64,000 bases of DNA, from the NCBI GenBank assembly GCA_934149465.1, contig CAKPEZ010000005.1:12646-76645 (forward strand). The letters run 5' to 3'. A model generated the notes under the pieces. It had not been told where the DNA came from. It saw only the letters and a program-made list of their open reading frames with translations, and made no database searches. The position numbers were made by a program, and so were the translations under genes. The DNA is from an uncultured Bacilli bacterium. Lineage in GTDB: Bacteria; Bacillota_I; Bacilli_A; RF39; UBA660. Of this stretch, positions 29,674 through 39,749 are shown piece by piece. Position 1 is the stretch's first letter. Each line of letters begins with the position of its first letter.

Positions 29674-30186
29674 ATGCCAAGAGTTAAAGGTGGTACGGTT
29701 GCTCGTGCTCGTAGAAAGAAAGTTTTAAAACAAGCAGAAGGTTATTTTGGTAGTAAGCATCGTCTTTATAAGACTGCTCATGAACAAGTTATGCATTCTG
29801 GTCAATATGCTTTTAGAGATAGAAGACAAAATAAGAGAAATTTCCGTAAATTATGGATTGTTAGAATTAATGCTGGTTGTCGTGAAAATGAAATTAGCTA
29901 TTCTAAGTTTATAAGTGGATTAAATAAAGCTGGTATTATTGTTAACCGTAAGATGTTAAGTGAGATTGCTATTGATAATCCACAAGGATTTACTGAGTTA
30001 GTTAATATTGCTAAGGATGCTTTAAATGGTAAAGCTTATAAACCAGCTTCAGAAAAAAAAGAAGAAGTAAAGGTTGAAAAGGAAGTTAAGGCTCCTAAGA
30101 AAGCAGCTTCTAAAGAAAAAGATGATACTAAGAAGTCTGCTACTAAGACAGTAAAGAAAACAGCTACTAAAAAAGAAAGTAAATAA
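29674..30186 (+). CDS. rplT: 50S ribosomal protein L20 with a Lys/Ala/Glu-rich C-terminal tail of about 50 aa
   Basis: [19 protein letters not shown]... is the canonical L20 core. The tail [51 protein letters not shown] starts at about 30028. Confidence 0.95.
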   Translation: MPRVKGGTVARARRKKVLKQAEGYFGSKHRLYKTAHEQVMHSGQYAFRDRRQNKRNFRKLWIVRINAGCRENEISYSKFISGLNKAGIIVNRKMLSEIAIDNPQGFTELVNIAKDALNGKAYKPASEKKEEVKVEKEVKAPKKAASKEKDDTKKSATKTVKKTATKKESK

Positions 30187-30194
30187 CTATGACG

Positions 30195-30453
30195 AAGAGA
30201 AGTATTTCTTATAATGTTACTAATAGGAAGTCAAGGATATTGGAAGCTTGATAAGGAAAAAAGAAAGAATAACACTTCATCAGTTGCTTAGTCAAAAGCA
30301 TTTTTGTGATTAGATTAAGCCGTTTGTAAAACGTTACCATTTACAGAGTTTGATTGAACTCTTAAAAGTGATTATAGTATTTCTATAATAAATTGGGTGG
30401 TACCGCGGAATAACCAGTTTTCGTCCCTGTTTGGGATTGAGACTGGTTTTTTT
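30195..30453 (+). promoter_or_regulatory. T-box leader, Asn specifier (AAC)
   Basis: Stem I GA motif (GAAGAGAAGTA). Specifier loop GAAT-AAC-A with AAC at 30271-30273. Conserved T-box AATTGGGTGGTACCGCG (30391-30407). Terminator AACCAGT...ACTGGTT plus T7 (30412-30453). Confidence 0.85.
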
Positions 30454-30479
30454 ATTTATTATAGAAAGAGGGAATAATT

Positions 30480-32060
30480 ATGTGTAGTATAGCAGTATAT
30501 ACAAAAAATGATATTAGTTTGAAAGAATTTGAAAGAGCATCTTCTTTATTAAAGTATAGAGGACCAGATATGACGAGGATTGTTTCTGATAAGGGAATGT
30601 GGGGATTTAATCGTCTTTCTATTATGGGGGTTAGTGAAGAAGGAATGCAGCCATTTGAGTTAGATGGGAATATGCTTGTTTGTAATGGAGAAATATATGG
30701 CTTTAGAAAGATAAAAGAAATGCTTTTAAAAAAGGGATATTCTTTTAGATCAGAAAGTGATTGTGAAGTTTTACTTCCTATGTATAAAGAATATAAAGAA
30801 AAGATGTTTTCACTTCTTAATGCAGAGTATGCTTTAGTTATGTATGATAAGAAGACAGATGATTTTATAGCAGCTCGTGATCCAATGGGGATTAGGCCAC
30901 TTTTTTATGGATATTCTAAGGTAAGTAATAGCATTTTCTTTGCTTCAGAAGCTAAGGCGTTAAAAGATTTATGCAATAAAGTTATGCCTTTTCCTCCAGG
31001 ATATTATTATAAGAATGGAAAGTTTACTTGTTATTTAAATTTAAGTAAGGTAGATAAGGTTTGTTATGATGATTTAGATACTATTTCTAAGAAGATAAAT
31101 AAATATTTAAGTTTAGCTGTTAAATCGAGATTAGATTCTGATGTACCACTTGGATTTCTATTATCTGGAGGACTTGATTCTTCTTTAGTATGTGCTATTG
31201 CAGCTAAGTATTTAAATAAACCTATTAGGACATTTGCAATAGGAATGAGTAGGGACGCTATTGATTTAAAGTATGCTAAAGAAGTAGCTAATTATATAGG
31301 TAGTAAACATACTGAAGTTATTATGGATGAAAAGGAAGTTTTAAAAGTATTAAGAGAAGTTATTTATCATCTTGAGACTTATGATATTACGACAATAAGG
31401 GCATCTATTGGAATGTATATATTAACTAAGTGGATTAGAAATAATACTGATATTAGGGTTATTATGACTGGTGAAGTAAGTGATGAATTATTTGGTTATA
31501 AATATACAGATTTTGCTCCTAATAGTGAAGAGTTTCAAAAAGAAAGTGAAAAGCGTGTTAGAGAGTTATATATGTATGATGTTTTAAGAGCTGATCGTTG
31601 TATATCTGGAGCTTCTTTGGAGGGAAGAGTTCCATTTGCTGATAAGAACTTCGTTAAGTATGTACTTTCTTTAGATCCAAAGAGAAAGATGAATACTTAT
31701 GGAATTGGTAAATATTTACTTAGAAAAGCTTTTGAAGGTGATTATTTACCAAGAGATATTTTAATGAGGGAAAAGGCTGCTTTTAGTGATGCAGTAGGGC
31801 ATTCGATGGTAGATTATCTAAAAGAATACGCAGAAAGTATTTATAGTGATGAAGAGTATGAAAGAAAAAGACATTTATATTTAGAGCATACTCCTTTTAC
31901 AAAAGAATCTTTATTATATAGAGAAATATTTGAGGAGTATTATCCATCTATGAGTAATATGATTACAGATTTTTGGATGCCAAATAAATCTTGGCAAGGA
32001 TGTAATGTAGATGATCCTTCTGCTAGGGTATTAAAAAATTATGGAAATAGTGGTAAATAA
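30480..32060 (+). CDS. asnB: asparagine synthetase (glutamine-hydrolysing)
   Basis: MCSIAV, with the Cys2 Ntn nucleophile. SGGLDSS PP-loop. 526 aa. Confidence 0.93.
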   Translation: MCSIAVYTKNDISLKEFERASSLLKYRGPDMTRIVSDKGMWGFNRLSIMGVSEEGMQPFELDGNMLVCNGEIYGFRKIKEMLLKKGYSFRSESDCEVLLPMYKEYKEKMFSLLNAEYALVMYDKKTDDFIAARDPMGIRPLFYGYSKVSNSIFFASEAKALKDLCNKVMPFPPGYYYKNGKFTCYLNLSKVDKVCYDDLDTISKKINKYLSLAVKSRLDSDVPLGFLLSGGLDSSLVCAIAAKYLNKPIRTFAIGMSRDAIDLKYAKEVANYIGSKHTEVIMDEKEVLKVLREVIYHLETYDITTIRASIGMYILTKWIRNNTDIRVIMTGEVSDELFGYKYTDFAPNSEEFQKESEKRVRELYMYDVLRADRCISGASLEGRVPFADKNFVKYVLSLDPKRKMNTYGIGKYLLRKAFEGDYLPRDILMREKAAFSDAVGHSMVDYLKEYAESIYSDEEYERKRHLYLEHTPFTKESLLYREIFEEYYPSMSNMITDFWMPNKSWQGCNVDDPSARVLKNYGNSGK

Positions 32061-32073
32061 TTAATTATAAAAA

Positions 32074-32116
32074 AAGAAGTAATTTACAATTTATTAAGTA
32101 ATACTTCTTTTTTATT
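32074..32116 (+). terminator. terminator after asnB
   Basis: AAGAAGTA (32074-32081) pairs with TACTTCTT (32102-32109), followed by a T run. Confidence 0.5.
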
Positions 32117-32152
32117 TTCTTATTTTATAGTATAATATCTTTAGAAAGTAGG

Positions 32153-33925
32153 ATGATAAAGATGCTTGGTAGAATTGATTCAATAGAAAATAATATAGTT
32201 AAAGTAAAATTAGAAGTTAATATTTATGATATGGATAGTATTATTAATAAGAACATTGTATTTAAAGGTAATAATAAGATAATAGGGGAAATTACTGATA
32301 TTAAAGATAATCTTTTATATGTTTCTATCCTTGGAGAGATTATTGATAATAAATTTATTTTTGGAGATATTAATAAGCCTTCTTTTAAAGATGATATTTA
32401 TCTTATTACTAAAGAAGAATTAGATCTTATTTTTACTTCTTATACTGGAGGAGAAAAGATTATTCTAGGAAGTAGTTATATTTATCCTGAGTATCAAATA
32501 AAGCTTGATTTAAGTAATTTCTTTTCTAATCATTTTGCTATTTTAGGTAATAGTGGTAGTGGTAAAAGTTATTCAGTAGCGCATATTATTCAAAGCTTAT
32601 TTAAAGAGGCAAATGATCTTCCTTACCGAGCTAACTTGTTTATTTTTGATGCATATGGTGAATATCAAAATGCCTTTAGTCATATTGGAGATAATTCTGT
32701 TAATATAAATTATAAAGTGTATACTACTGATTTAGAACAAAATGAACACGAAGTTCTTCATCTTCCTTTTTGGCTTCTTAGTGTTGATGATATTGCTCTT
32801 CTTTTAGATGTTAACGATAAAAGGCAGATTCCTATTATTGAAAAGGCTCTTAAATTAGTTGGACTTTTTTCAAAGAAGGAAGAAGAAATAATTGAATATA
32901 AGAATGATATTCTTGCTAGAAGTTTATTAGATATCATTTTTAATGGGAAATCAGCTGTGGAAATTAGAACTAGGTTACTTTCAATACTTACTAAGTTTAA
33001 TACTTCTACTTTAAATTTAGATACTATGTTAGTAGAACCTGGTTGGAGTAGAAGTTTAAGACAGTGTTTATATATAGATAAAGATGGAAAGATCGCTAAT
33101 ATTGAGTTAGTTACTAGTTTTTTTCAAAAGTTTGTAAAAGATGAGTTAGATTTGAATTTACCTAATGGTAGTTATAGGTATACTATAGAAGAATATTATT
33201 TAGCATTAGAGTTTGCTCTTATATCAGAAGGAATTTATAATAGTGATAGCGTTTTTGATTATGCTAATATTTTAAAGATAAGACTTAATTATTTGATTAA
33301 TAGTTCATATAGTAGATATTTTGCTTATCCTAATTATATAAGCAAAAATAATTTTATTAAGCTTCTTCTTACAACTAATGATAATAAGAAAGCACAGGTT
33401 ATTAATTTTAATATTAATTATGTTGATGATCGATTTGCTAAGAAGATTGTAAAAATTTATTCTAAATTACTTTTTGATTATGCTACTTCTTTAAAACAAA
33501 GAGCAAAGCTTCCTTTCCATATTGTTTTAGAAGAAGCTCATCGTTATGTACAAAATGATAATGATATAGATATTCTTGGATATAATATATTTGAAAGAAT
33601 AACTAAAGAAGGTAGAAAATATGGAGTATTACTTGGAGTAATTTCTCAAAGGCCTTCGGAATTATCAGAAACTGTTTTATCTCAGTCAAGTAATTTCTTG
33701 ATTTTTAAAATGTTCTATCCTAAAGATTTATCTTTTGTTAGTGAGATTGTTCCAAGTTTAGGAAATACTTTATCTTCTAAGTTAAAGACTTTGTATCCTG
33801 GTGTATGTGTTGCATTTGGAACAGCATTTAAAATGCCTATTTTAATTAAAATGGATAAACCAAATCCAGAGCCAAGTAGTAGCAGTACAGATATTCTTTC
33901 AAGTTGGTATTTAACTAAATCTTAA
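32153..33925 (+). CDS. HerA/FtsK-superfamily (DUF87-like) P-loop ATPase
   Basis: N-terminal barrel-like segment (GRIDSIENNIVKVKL...IGEITDIKDNLLYVSILGE). Walker A GNSGSGKS (32546-32569). Walker B HIVLEEAHRY. ISQRPSELS motif. The start may instead be ATG 32162. Confidence 0.75.
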   Translation: MIKMLGRIDSIENNIVKVKLEVNIYDMDSIINKNIVFKGNNKIIGEITDIKDNLLYVSILGEIIDNKFIFGDINKPSFKDDIYLITKEELDLIFTSYTGGEKIILGSSYIYPEYQIKLDLSNFFSNHFAILGNSGSGKSYSVAHIIQSLFKEANDLPYRANLFIFDAYGEYQNAFSHIGDNSVNINYKVYTTDLEQNEHEVLHLPFWLLSVDDIALLLDVNDKRQIPIIEKALKLVGLFSKKEEEIIEYKNDILARSLLDIIFNGKSAVEIRTRLLSILTKFNTSTLNLDTMLVEPGWSRSLRQCLYIDKDGKIANIELVTSFFQKFVKDELDLNLPNGSYRYTIEEYYLALEFALISEGIYNSDSVFDYANILKIRLNYLINSSYSRYFAYPNYISKNNFIKLLLTTNDNKKAQVINFNINYVDDRFAKKIVKIYSKLLFDYATSLKQRAKLPFHIVLEEAHRYVQNDNDIDILGYNIFERITKEGRKYGVLLGVISQRPSELSETVLSQSSNFLIFKMFYPKDLSFVSEIVPSLGNTLSSKLKTLYPGVCVAFGTAFKMPILIKMDKPNPEPSSSSTDILSSWYLTKS

Positions 33926-33940
33926 GAGAAAGGGTTATGT

Positions 33941-34774
33941 ATGAAGACTTTTAACTTTATAATTTTTCTTTTTAGTATTTTTGGCTTTACTTCTTATCAA
34001 AATGTAAATGTAGTTGGAATAGGAGATTCTATTACATTAGGATATCCTTATGATGTAGAATCTTCTTATTCTTATATGGTTTATAAGTATTTAGAAAAAG
34101 AGTATCCTTATTATAATTATACTTATAATAATATGGCAGTTAATGGTCTTACTTCTTCCTTGTTATTAGATAATCTTAGTAATAATGTTACTTTGATTGA
34201 TTCTATTAATAAGGCTGATCTTGTTATGGTAAGTATTGGTAGTAATGATTTTTTATCTCTTTTAAATACTTCTTCTTATCAAGATAATTTAGATGATAGT
34301 ATAGCTAGTACTGTTACTCTTTTAGAAGATAATTTAAAGTATTTAGTAGATTATTTTCATTATAAGCATCCTAATACTAAAGTAATTTTTATTCCTTATT
34401 ATAATCCTTATAATAAGCTAGCTAATTATTCTAATTATACTTCTATTATAAATAAGTTAAATGATGAGAGGGATTTACTAAATGGATATTTATCTTCTTT
34501 GTTAGAAAAAGAAGATAATATGCTTTATTTAAATAATGTTATTTTTTCTTTAGAAGAAAATAATAATGTTACTTCATTGACTAGTTTAGATCCTCATCCT
34601 AATAAGAGGGGACAAACTTCTATATATAATTCTATTATAAGTAGTAATTTTCTTTCTTTTTTAGAAAAAAAAGATGATACGCTATTTTATATTATTAGTA
34701 TTTTTCTTTTGATAAGCGTTATTATAATTATTGGTTACATCTTTAATAAACATAATAAGAATAAAGTAAAGTAA
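33941..34774 (+). CDS. membrane-anchored SGNH/GDSL hydrolase
   Basis: Signal-like N terminus. Motifs GIGDSITLG, SIGSNDF and DPHPN. C-terminal transmembrane helix. Confidence 0.75.
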   Translation: MKTFNFIIFLFSIFGFTSYQNVNVVGIGDSITLGYPYDVESSYSYMVYKYLEKEYPYYNYTYNNMAVNGLTSSLLLDNLSNNVTLIDSINKADLVMVSIGSNDFLSLLNTSSYQDNLDDSIASTVTLLEDNLKYLVDYFHYKHPNTKVIFIPYYNPYNKLANYSNYTSIINKLNDERDLLNGYLSSLLEKEDNMLYLNNVIFSLEENNNVTSLTSLDPHPNKRGQTSIYNSIISSNFLSFLEKKDDTLFYIISIFLLISVIIIIGYIFNKHNKNKVK

Positions 34775-34830
34775 GTTTTGTTTGGTAATTAAAGATTATC
34801 GTGTTATAATAGGCTTAAGTAGGTGAATAT

Positions 34831-35367
34831 ATGGCTTATAATGGTATAAATTTTTATCTTTGCGCGGGAGAAAATATTATTTATAATTCTCGTCATTTAG
34901 AAGAAATAGATACATTTACTGTGGATTATACTGTTTCTAATTTTAAAGAATTATTATTAGAAAGTGGTAGAATTGATAATATAAATACCCCTTTATATAT
35001 TAAGATTACCCGTGGAGATAAAGTATCTAGAACAATTCCTGTTTTATATAAGGAAGATAATTACTCTAATGATGAAGTATTTTATGCTTATAAAAATTAT
35101 TTATATAACAATAGGCAAATACTTAGAAAATTACTTTATTTAATTACGCCATCTTTAAAAACAGGAACTTTTAAAAGTGAACGTGATAAAAAGATAAAGA
35201 GAATGTTAGATGAATCTTTTACCGATTCTAAGGACTATGATTTATATTTTGAAATTGAGAAATTGTTAAGAGGATATTTAAATACTTATTTAAAAGTAAG
35301 AGATGCTTATTTCTTTTTAAAATTTCAAGGTGTAGAATTAAGTAATAATAAGGGAATAAAAAGATGA
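34831..35367 (+). CDS. hypothetical protein (178 aa), translationally coupled to the recombinase
   Basis: Intact ORF. Its stop overlaps the next start in ATGA (35364-35367). No recognisable motif. Confidence 0.55.
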   Translation: MAYNGINFYLCAGENIIYNSRHLEEIDTFTVDYTVSNFKELLLESGRIDNINTPLYIKITRGDKVSRTIPVLYKEDNYSNDEVFYAYKNYLYNNRQILRKLLYLITPSLKTGTFKSERDKKIKRMLDESFTDSKDYDLYFEIEKLLRGYLNTYLKVRDAYFFLKFQGVELSNNKGIKR

Positions 35368-36233
35368 TGGAAGAATTCTTAGAATATTTAAAAGTAGTAA
35401 AGAAATATTCTCAATATACTATTATTTCTTATCGTAAGGATATTGAAGATTATCTATTTTATTTAAAAGAAAATAGATATAATGAATTATCTGTTAATAA
35501 AGATATAGTTAGAATGTATATGGAAAATCTTCATACTTTAAAGAAAAGTAGTATTGGAAGGCATTTAAGTTCTCTAAGAAGTTATTATAATTATTTAGTT
35601 AAAAATGATAAAGTAGATTATAATTATTTTAAAGGTATTCCTAATCCTAGAAAAGAAAAAGGTATTCCTAATTATTTAGATTTAGAGCAAACAAAAACGC
35701 TATTTACTAGTTTAAAAGATGAAACTTTAATAGATAAGAGAAATAATCTTATTTTAGAATTTCTTTATAGTTTAGGGGTACGTGTTAGTGAGCTTGTTAA
35801 TATAAAGATTAGTGATATAGATTTTTCTAATAATAGTATTAAAGTTCTTGGTAAAGGTAGTAAAGAAAGATATGTCTTTTTTGGAGAATATGCTGATGAA
35901 AGATTAAAATCTTATTTAAAGGTTAGATCTCATAGTAGTAGTCCTTATCTTTTTTTAAATAAATATGGTAATAAGTTATCAACTAGGTATATTAGAAAAA
36001 TAATAGATAAGTTAATTTTAGATAGTGGCTTATCTAAACATATCTCTCCTCATACATTAAGACATACCTTTGCCACAGATATGCTTAATAATGGAGCAGA
36101 TCTATTAACTGTAAAGGAATTATTAGGACATTCTTCTTTATCTACAACAAGTATCTATACTCATGTTACTAGTGCTAGATTAAAAGAAGTTTATAATTTA
36201 GCTCATCCAAGAGCAAAAGAGGGGAAGTATTAA
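35364..36233 (+). CDS. XerC/XerD-family tyrosine recombinase
   Basis: SAM-like N domain. RVSEL, HTLRHTFAT and LGHSSLSTTSIYTHV catalytic motifs. Confidence 0.9.
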   Translation: MMEEFLEYLKVVKKYSQYTIISYRKDIEDYLFYLKENRYNELSVNKDIVRMYMENLHTLKKSSIGRHLSSLRSYYNYLVKNDKVDYNYFKGIPNPRKEKGIPNYLDLEQTKTLFTSLKDETLIDKRNNLILEFLYSLGVRVSELVNIKISDIDFSNNSIKVLGKGSKERYVFFGEYADERLKSYLKVRSHSSSPYLFLNKYGNKLSTRYIRKIIDKLILDSGLSKHISPHTLRHTFATDMLNNGADLLTVKELLGHSSLSTTSIYTHVTSARLKEVYNLAHPRAKEGKY

Positions 36234-36236
36234 AAA

Positions 36237-36839
36237 ATGGCAAAGTTATATTTTCGTTATGGTGCGATGAATTCAGGAAAAACTCTAGATATTATTAAGA
36301 CTGATCGTAATTATAAAGAAAAAAATATGAATACTCTAGTTATTAAGGCTATTCTTGATAAAAAAGGTGATGATAATATAATTTCTAGAGTAGGTTTTGA
36401 AAGAAAAGTAGATCTTTTAGTATCAGATAAAGATAATATAAAAGATTTAATTATTGATTATTTAAATAAAGAAGTAATTAGCTGTATCTTAGTTGATGAG
36501 GCACAGTTTTTATCATCAAAACAAATAGATGAACTAAGTGATATTGTTGATTTTTATAAAATCCCAGTTATTTGCTATGGACTTAGAACTGATTTTCAAA
36601 GTAATTTATTTCCAGGAAGTAAGAGGTTAATGGAATTAGCTGATTCTCTAGAAGAGATTAAAACTATTTGTAGGTGTGGTACTAAGGCGATTATGAATAC
36701 TAGAAAAAATAAAGATGAATATATTTTTGAAGGAAAACAAATTGCGATTGATGGAATAGATGCTTCTTATGAAAGTTTATGCCGAAAGTGCTATAAAGAA
36801 GAATATGCTAGGTATAAAAGAATACATAATGAAAAATAA
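36237..36839 (+). CDS. tdk: thymidine kinase
   Basis: GAMNSGKT P-loop and a C-terminal zinc ribbon (CRCG...CRKC). Confidence 0.93.
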   Translation: MAKLYFRYGAMNSGKTLDIIKTDRNYKEKNMNTLVIKAILDKKGDDNIISRVGFERKVDLLVSDKDNIKDLIIDYLNKEVISCILVDEAQFLSSKQIDELSDIVDFYKIPVICYGLRTDFQSNLFPGSKRLMELADSLEEIKTICRCGTKAIMNTRKNKDEYIFEGKQIAIDGIDASYESLCRKCYKEEYARYKRIHNEK

Positions 36840-36866
36840 CGTAAATAACTTGTAAAATATTTTGAA

Positions 36867-36890
36867 AAAGCATTAGATAATGCTTTTTTT
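36867..36890 (+). terminator. terminator after tdk
   Basis: AAAGCATT-AGAT-AATGCTTT plus a T run. Confidence 0.65.
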
Positions 36891-36922
36891 GTTATATAAT
36901 GAAAATATGCAAGGGAGGATTT

Positions 36923-39556
36923 ATGACAAAATATGTATATGCCTTTAATGAAGGCAATAAAGATATGCGTAATTTACTTGGAGGTAAAGGTGCTAATTTA
37001 GCTGAAATGACTGGAATTGGACTTCCAGTTCCAAGAGGATTTACAGTTACTACTGAAGCTTGTATCAAGTATTATGACGATGGGAAAGAAATTAGTGAAG
37101 AAGTAGTAAATCAAATTAATGAGAAGCTATCAGAGCTTGAAAAGATTACTGGTAAGAAGATGGGAAACAAAGAAAATCCATTATTAGTATCAGTTCGAAG
37201 TGGTGCTAGAGCTTCTATGCCTGGTATGATGGATACTGTCTTAAATTTAGGTATCAATGATGAAGTAGCAGAAGGATTTGCTAAAGTTACTAATAATCCT
37301 AGATTTGTTTATGATAGTTATCGTCGTTTTATTCAAATGTTTGCTGATGTTGTTATGGGATTTCCTAAATCATCATTTGAAAGACTATTTGATAAAATAA
37401 AAGAAGAAAAAGGTGTTACTTATGACACAGAATTATCTGCTGATGATTTAAAAGAAGTTGTAAATATTTATAAGGGAGAATATTTAAAACATGCAGGAGT
37501 TCCTTTCCCACAAGATCCAAAAGTTCAATTACTAGAAGCAGTAAAAGCTGTATTTAGAAGTTGGAACAATGAAAGAGCAATTATTTATCGCAGAATGAAT
37601 GATATTCCTTCATCTTGGGGAACAGCGGTTAATGTTCAGGAAATGGTATATGGTAATAGAGGAGAAGATTGTGGTACTGGTGTAGCATTTACAAGAAATC
37701 CTGCTACTGGTGAAAAGAAACTTTATGGTGAGTATTTAATGAATGCTCAAGGAGAAGATGTTGTTGCTGGTATTAGAACTCCTCAAACTATTGATACTTT
37801 AAAAGAAGTAATGCCAGAGTGCTACGATGAATTTGTTAAAATTTGTAATATTCTAGAAGATCATTATAAAGATATGCAAGATATGGAGTTTACTATTGAA
37901 AATGGTAAATTATTTATGCTTCAAACAAGAAATGGTAAAAGAACTGCTGCTGCAGCATTAAAAATTGCCGTTGATCTTGTTAACGAGGGAATGATTACTG
38001 AAGAGGAAGCTTTATTAAAAGTAGAACCTAAACAATTAGATCAACTTTTACATCCTGCTTTTGATCAAAATGATCTAAAGAAAGCTGAAGCAGTTGCTAC
38101 TGGTCTTGCTGCATCTCCTGGAGCTGCTACTGGTAAGATTTATTTTACTGCTGAAGATGTTATTAAAGCTAAAGAAATGGGAGAAAAGGATATTTTATTA
38201 GTTCGCCTTGAAACATCTCCAGAAGATATCGAAGGTATGAGTATTGCTCACGGAGTATTAACTATTCGTGGAGGTATGACTTCTCATGCTGCAGTAGTTG
38301 CACGTGGTATGGGTACTTGCTGTGTATCTGGTTGCGGAGAGTTAAAAATAGATGAAGAAAAGAAAACTCTTACTACTAAGGATGGTCATGTATATCATGA
38401 AGGTGATTATTTGAGTTTAGATGGCTCTACTGGTAAAGTATATGGAAGACAGATAAAAACTGTTGATCCAGAAATAAGTGGTAATTTTGAAACATTTATG
38501 GGATGGGCTGATAAAACGCGTACTTTAGGTGTTAGAACAAATGCTGATACTCCTAAGGATGCTCTTCAAGCTAGAAAATTTGGCGCTGAAGGAATTGGTT
38601 TATGTCGTACTGAACATATGTTCTTTGAAGAAGAAAGAATCTTTAATTTCCGTAAAATGATTACTGCTGAAACATTAGAAGCTAGAAAGAGTGCTCTTGA
38701 AAAGATTTTACCTTATCAAAGAGATGACTTTGAAGGATTATTTAGAGCAATGAATGGATATTCTGTTACTATTCGTTTCTTAGATCCACCTTTACACGAA
38801 TTTTTACCTCATACTGACGAAGAAATTAAACCACTTGCTGAAAGTCTAGGAATGTCTTTTGAAGCTTTAAAAGCAAGAGTAGAATCTTTAAAAGAATTTA
38901 ACCCTATGATGGGTCATCGTGGTTGTAGACTTGCTATTACATATCCTGAAATAGCAGAAATGCAAACAAGAGCAGTTATTGAAGCTGCAATTAACGTAAA
39001 TAAAGAAGGATTAAACGTAAAACCTGAAATTATGATTCCACTTGTTGGTGATGTTAATGAACTTAAGTTTGTAAAGAAGATTGTTTGTGAAACAGCTGAT
39101 CAAATTATAAAGGAAAATGGAGTTTCATTAGAATATCACGTAGGTACTATGATTGAAATTCCAAGAGCTGCTATTTTAGCAGATAAGATTGCTTTAGAAG
39201 CTGAATTCTTCTCATTTGGTACTAATGATTTAACTCAAATGACTTATGGATTCTCTCGTGATGATGCAGGAAAATTCTTAAATGATTATTACGATAAAGG
39301 AATTTTTGAATCAGATCCATTTGCTAAACTAGACCAAGAAGGTGTTGGAGAGTTAGTTAAGATTGCTTCAGTAAAAGGAAGAGAAACAAGATCTAATATT
39401 AAAATGGGTATTTGTGGTGAACATGGAGGAGATCCTTCTACTATTGAATTTTGTCATAACATTGGTCTTACTTATGTATCTTGTTCTCCATACAGAGTAC
39501 CTATTGCAAGATTAGCTGCTGCTCAAGCTGCAATCAAATCTGAGGATAGAAAGTAA
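36923..39556 (+). CDS. ppdK: pyruvate, phosphate dikinase
   Basis: The true start is ATG 36923 (MTKYVYAFNEG...), after the GGGAGGA SD. Phospho-His segment GGMTSHAAVVARG and a PEP-utilising C domain. Confidence 0.95.
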   Translation: MTKYVYAFNEGNKDMRNLLGGKGANLAEMTGIGLPVPRGFTVTTEACIKYYDDGKEISEEVVNQINEKLSELEKITGKKMGNKENPLLVSVRSGARASMPGMMDTVLNLGINDEVAEGFAKVTNNPRFVYDSYRRFIQMFADVVMGFPKSSFERLFDKIKEEKGVTYDTELSADDLKEVVNIYKGEYLKHAGVPFPQDPKVQLLEAVKAVFRSWNNERAIIYRRMNDIPSSWGTAVNVQEMVYGNRGEDCGTGVAFTRNPATGEKKLYGEYLMNAQGEDVVAGIRTPQTIDTLKEVMPECYDEFVKICNILEDHYKDMQDMEFTIENGKLFMLQTRNGKRTAAAALKIAVDLVNEGMITEEEALLKVEPKQLDQLLHPAFDQNDLKKAEAVATGLAASPGAATGKIYFTAEDVIKAKEMGEKDILLVRLETSPEDIEGMSIAHGVLTIRGGMTSHAAVVARGMGTCCVSGCGELKIDEEKKTLTTKDGHVYHEGDYLSLDGSTGKVYGRQIKTVDPEISGNFETFMGWADKTRTLGVRTNADTPKDALQARKFGAEGIGLCRTEHMFFEEERIFNFRKMITAETLEARKSALEKILPYQRDDFEGLFRAMNGYSVTIRFLDPPLHEFLPHTDEEIKPLAESLGMSFEALKARVESLKEFNPMMGHRGCRLAITYPEIAEMQTRAVIEAAINVNKEGLNVKPEIMIPLVGDVNELKFVKKIVCETADQIIKENGVSLEYHVGTMIEIPRAAILADKIALEAEFFSFGTNDLTQMTYGFSRDDAGKFLNDYYDKGIFESDPFAKLDQEGVGELVKIASVKGRETRSNIKMGICGEHGGDPSTIEFCHNIGLTYVSCSPYRVPIARLAAAQAAIKSEDRK

Positions 39557-39697
39557 TTTACTAAAAATACTGTAAATCCAATGATTATATAAAAAATGAT
39601 ATATGCATAGTTAGAGATAAAATATCTGTAGATATTGATGCCAATTAAAATGGTATAATATGTGTTATAATTGAATATACTAGTAAAGGTATACTAA

Positions 39698-39726
39698 TTG
39701 ACATTTTTATAAAAATATAGTATATT
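39698..39726 (+). promoter_or_regulatory. near-consensus sigma-A promoter of the type III TA-like locus
   Basis: TTGACA (39698-39703), 17-nt spacer, TATATT (39721-39726). Confidence 0.6.
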
Positions 39727-39749
39727 TATATTGCACTGAAAAGTGTGAA

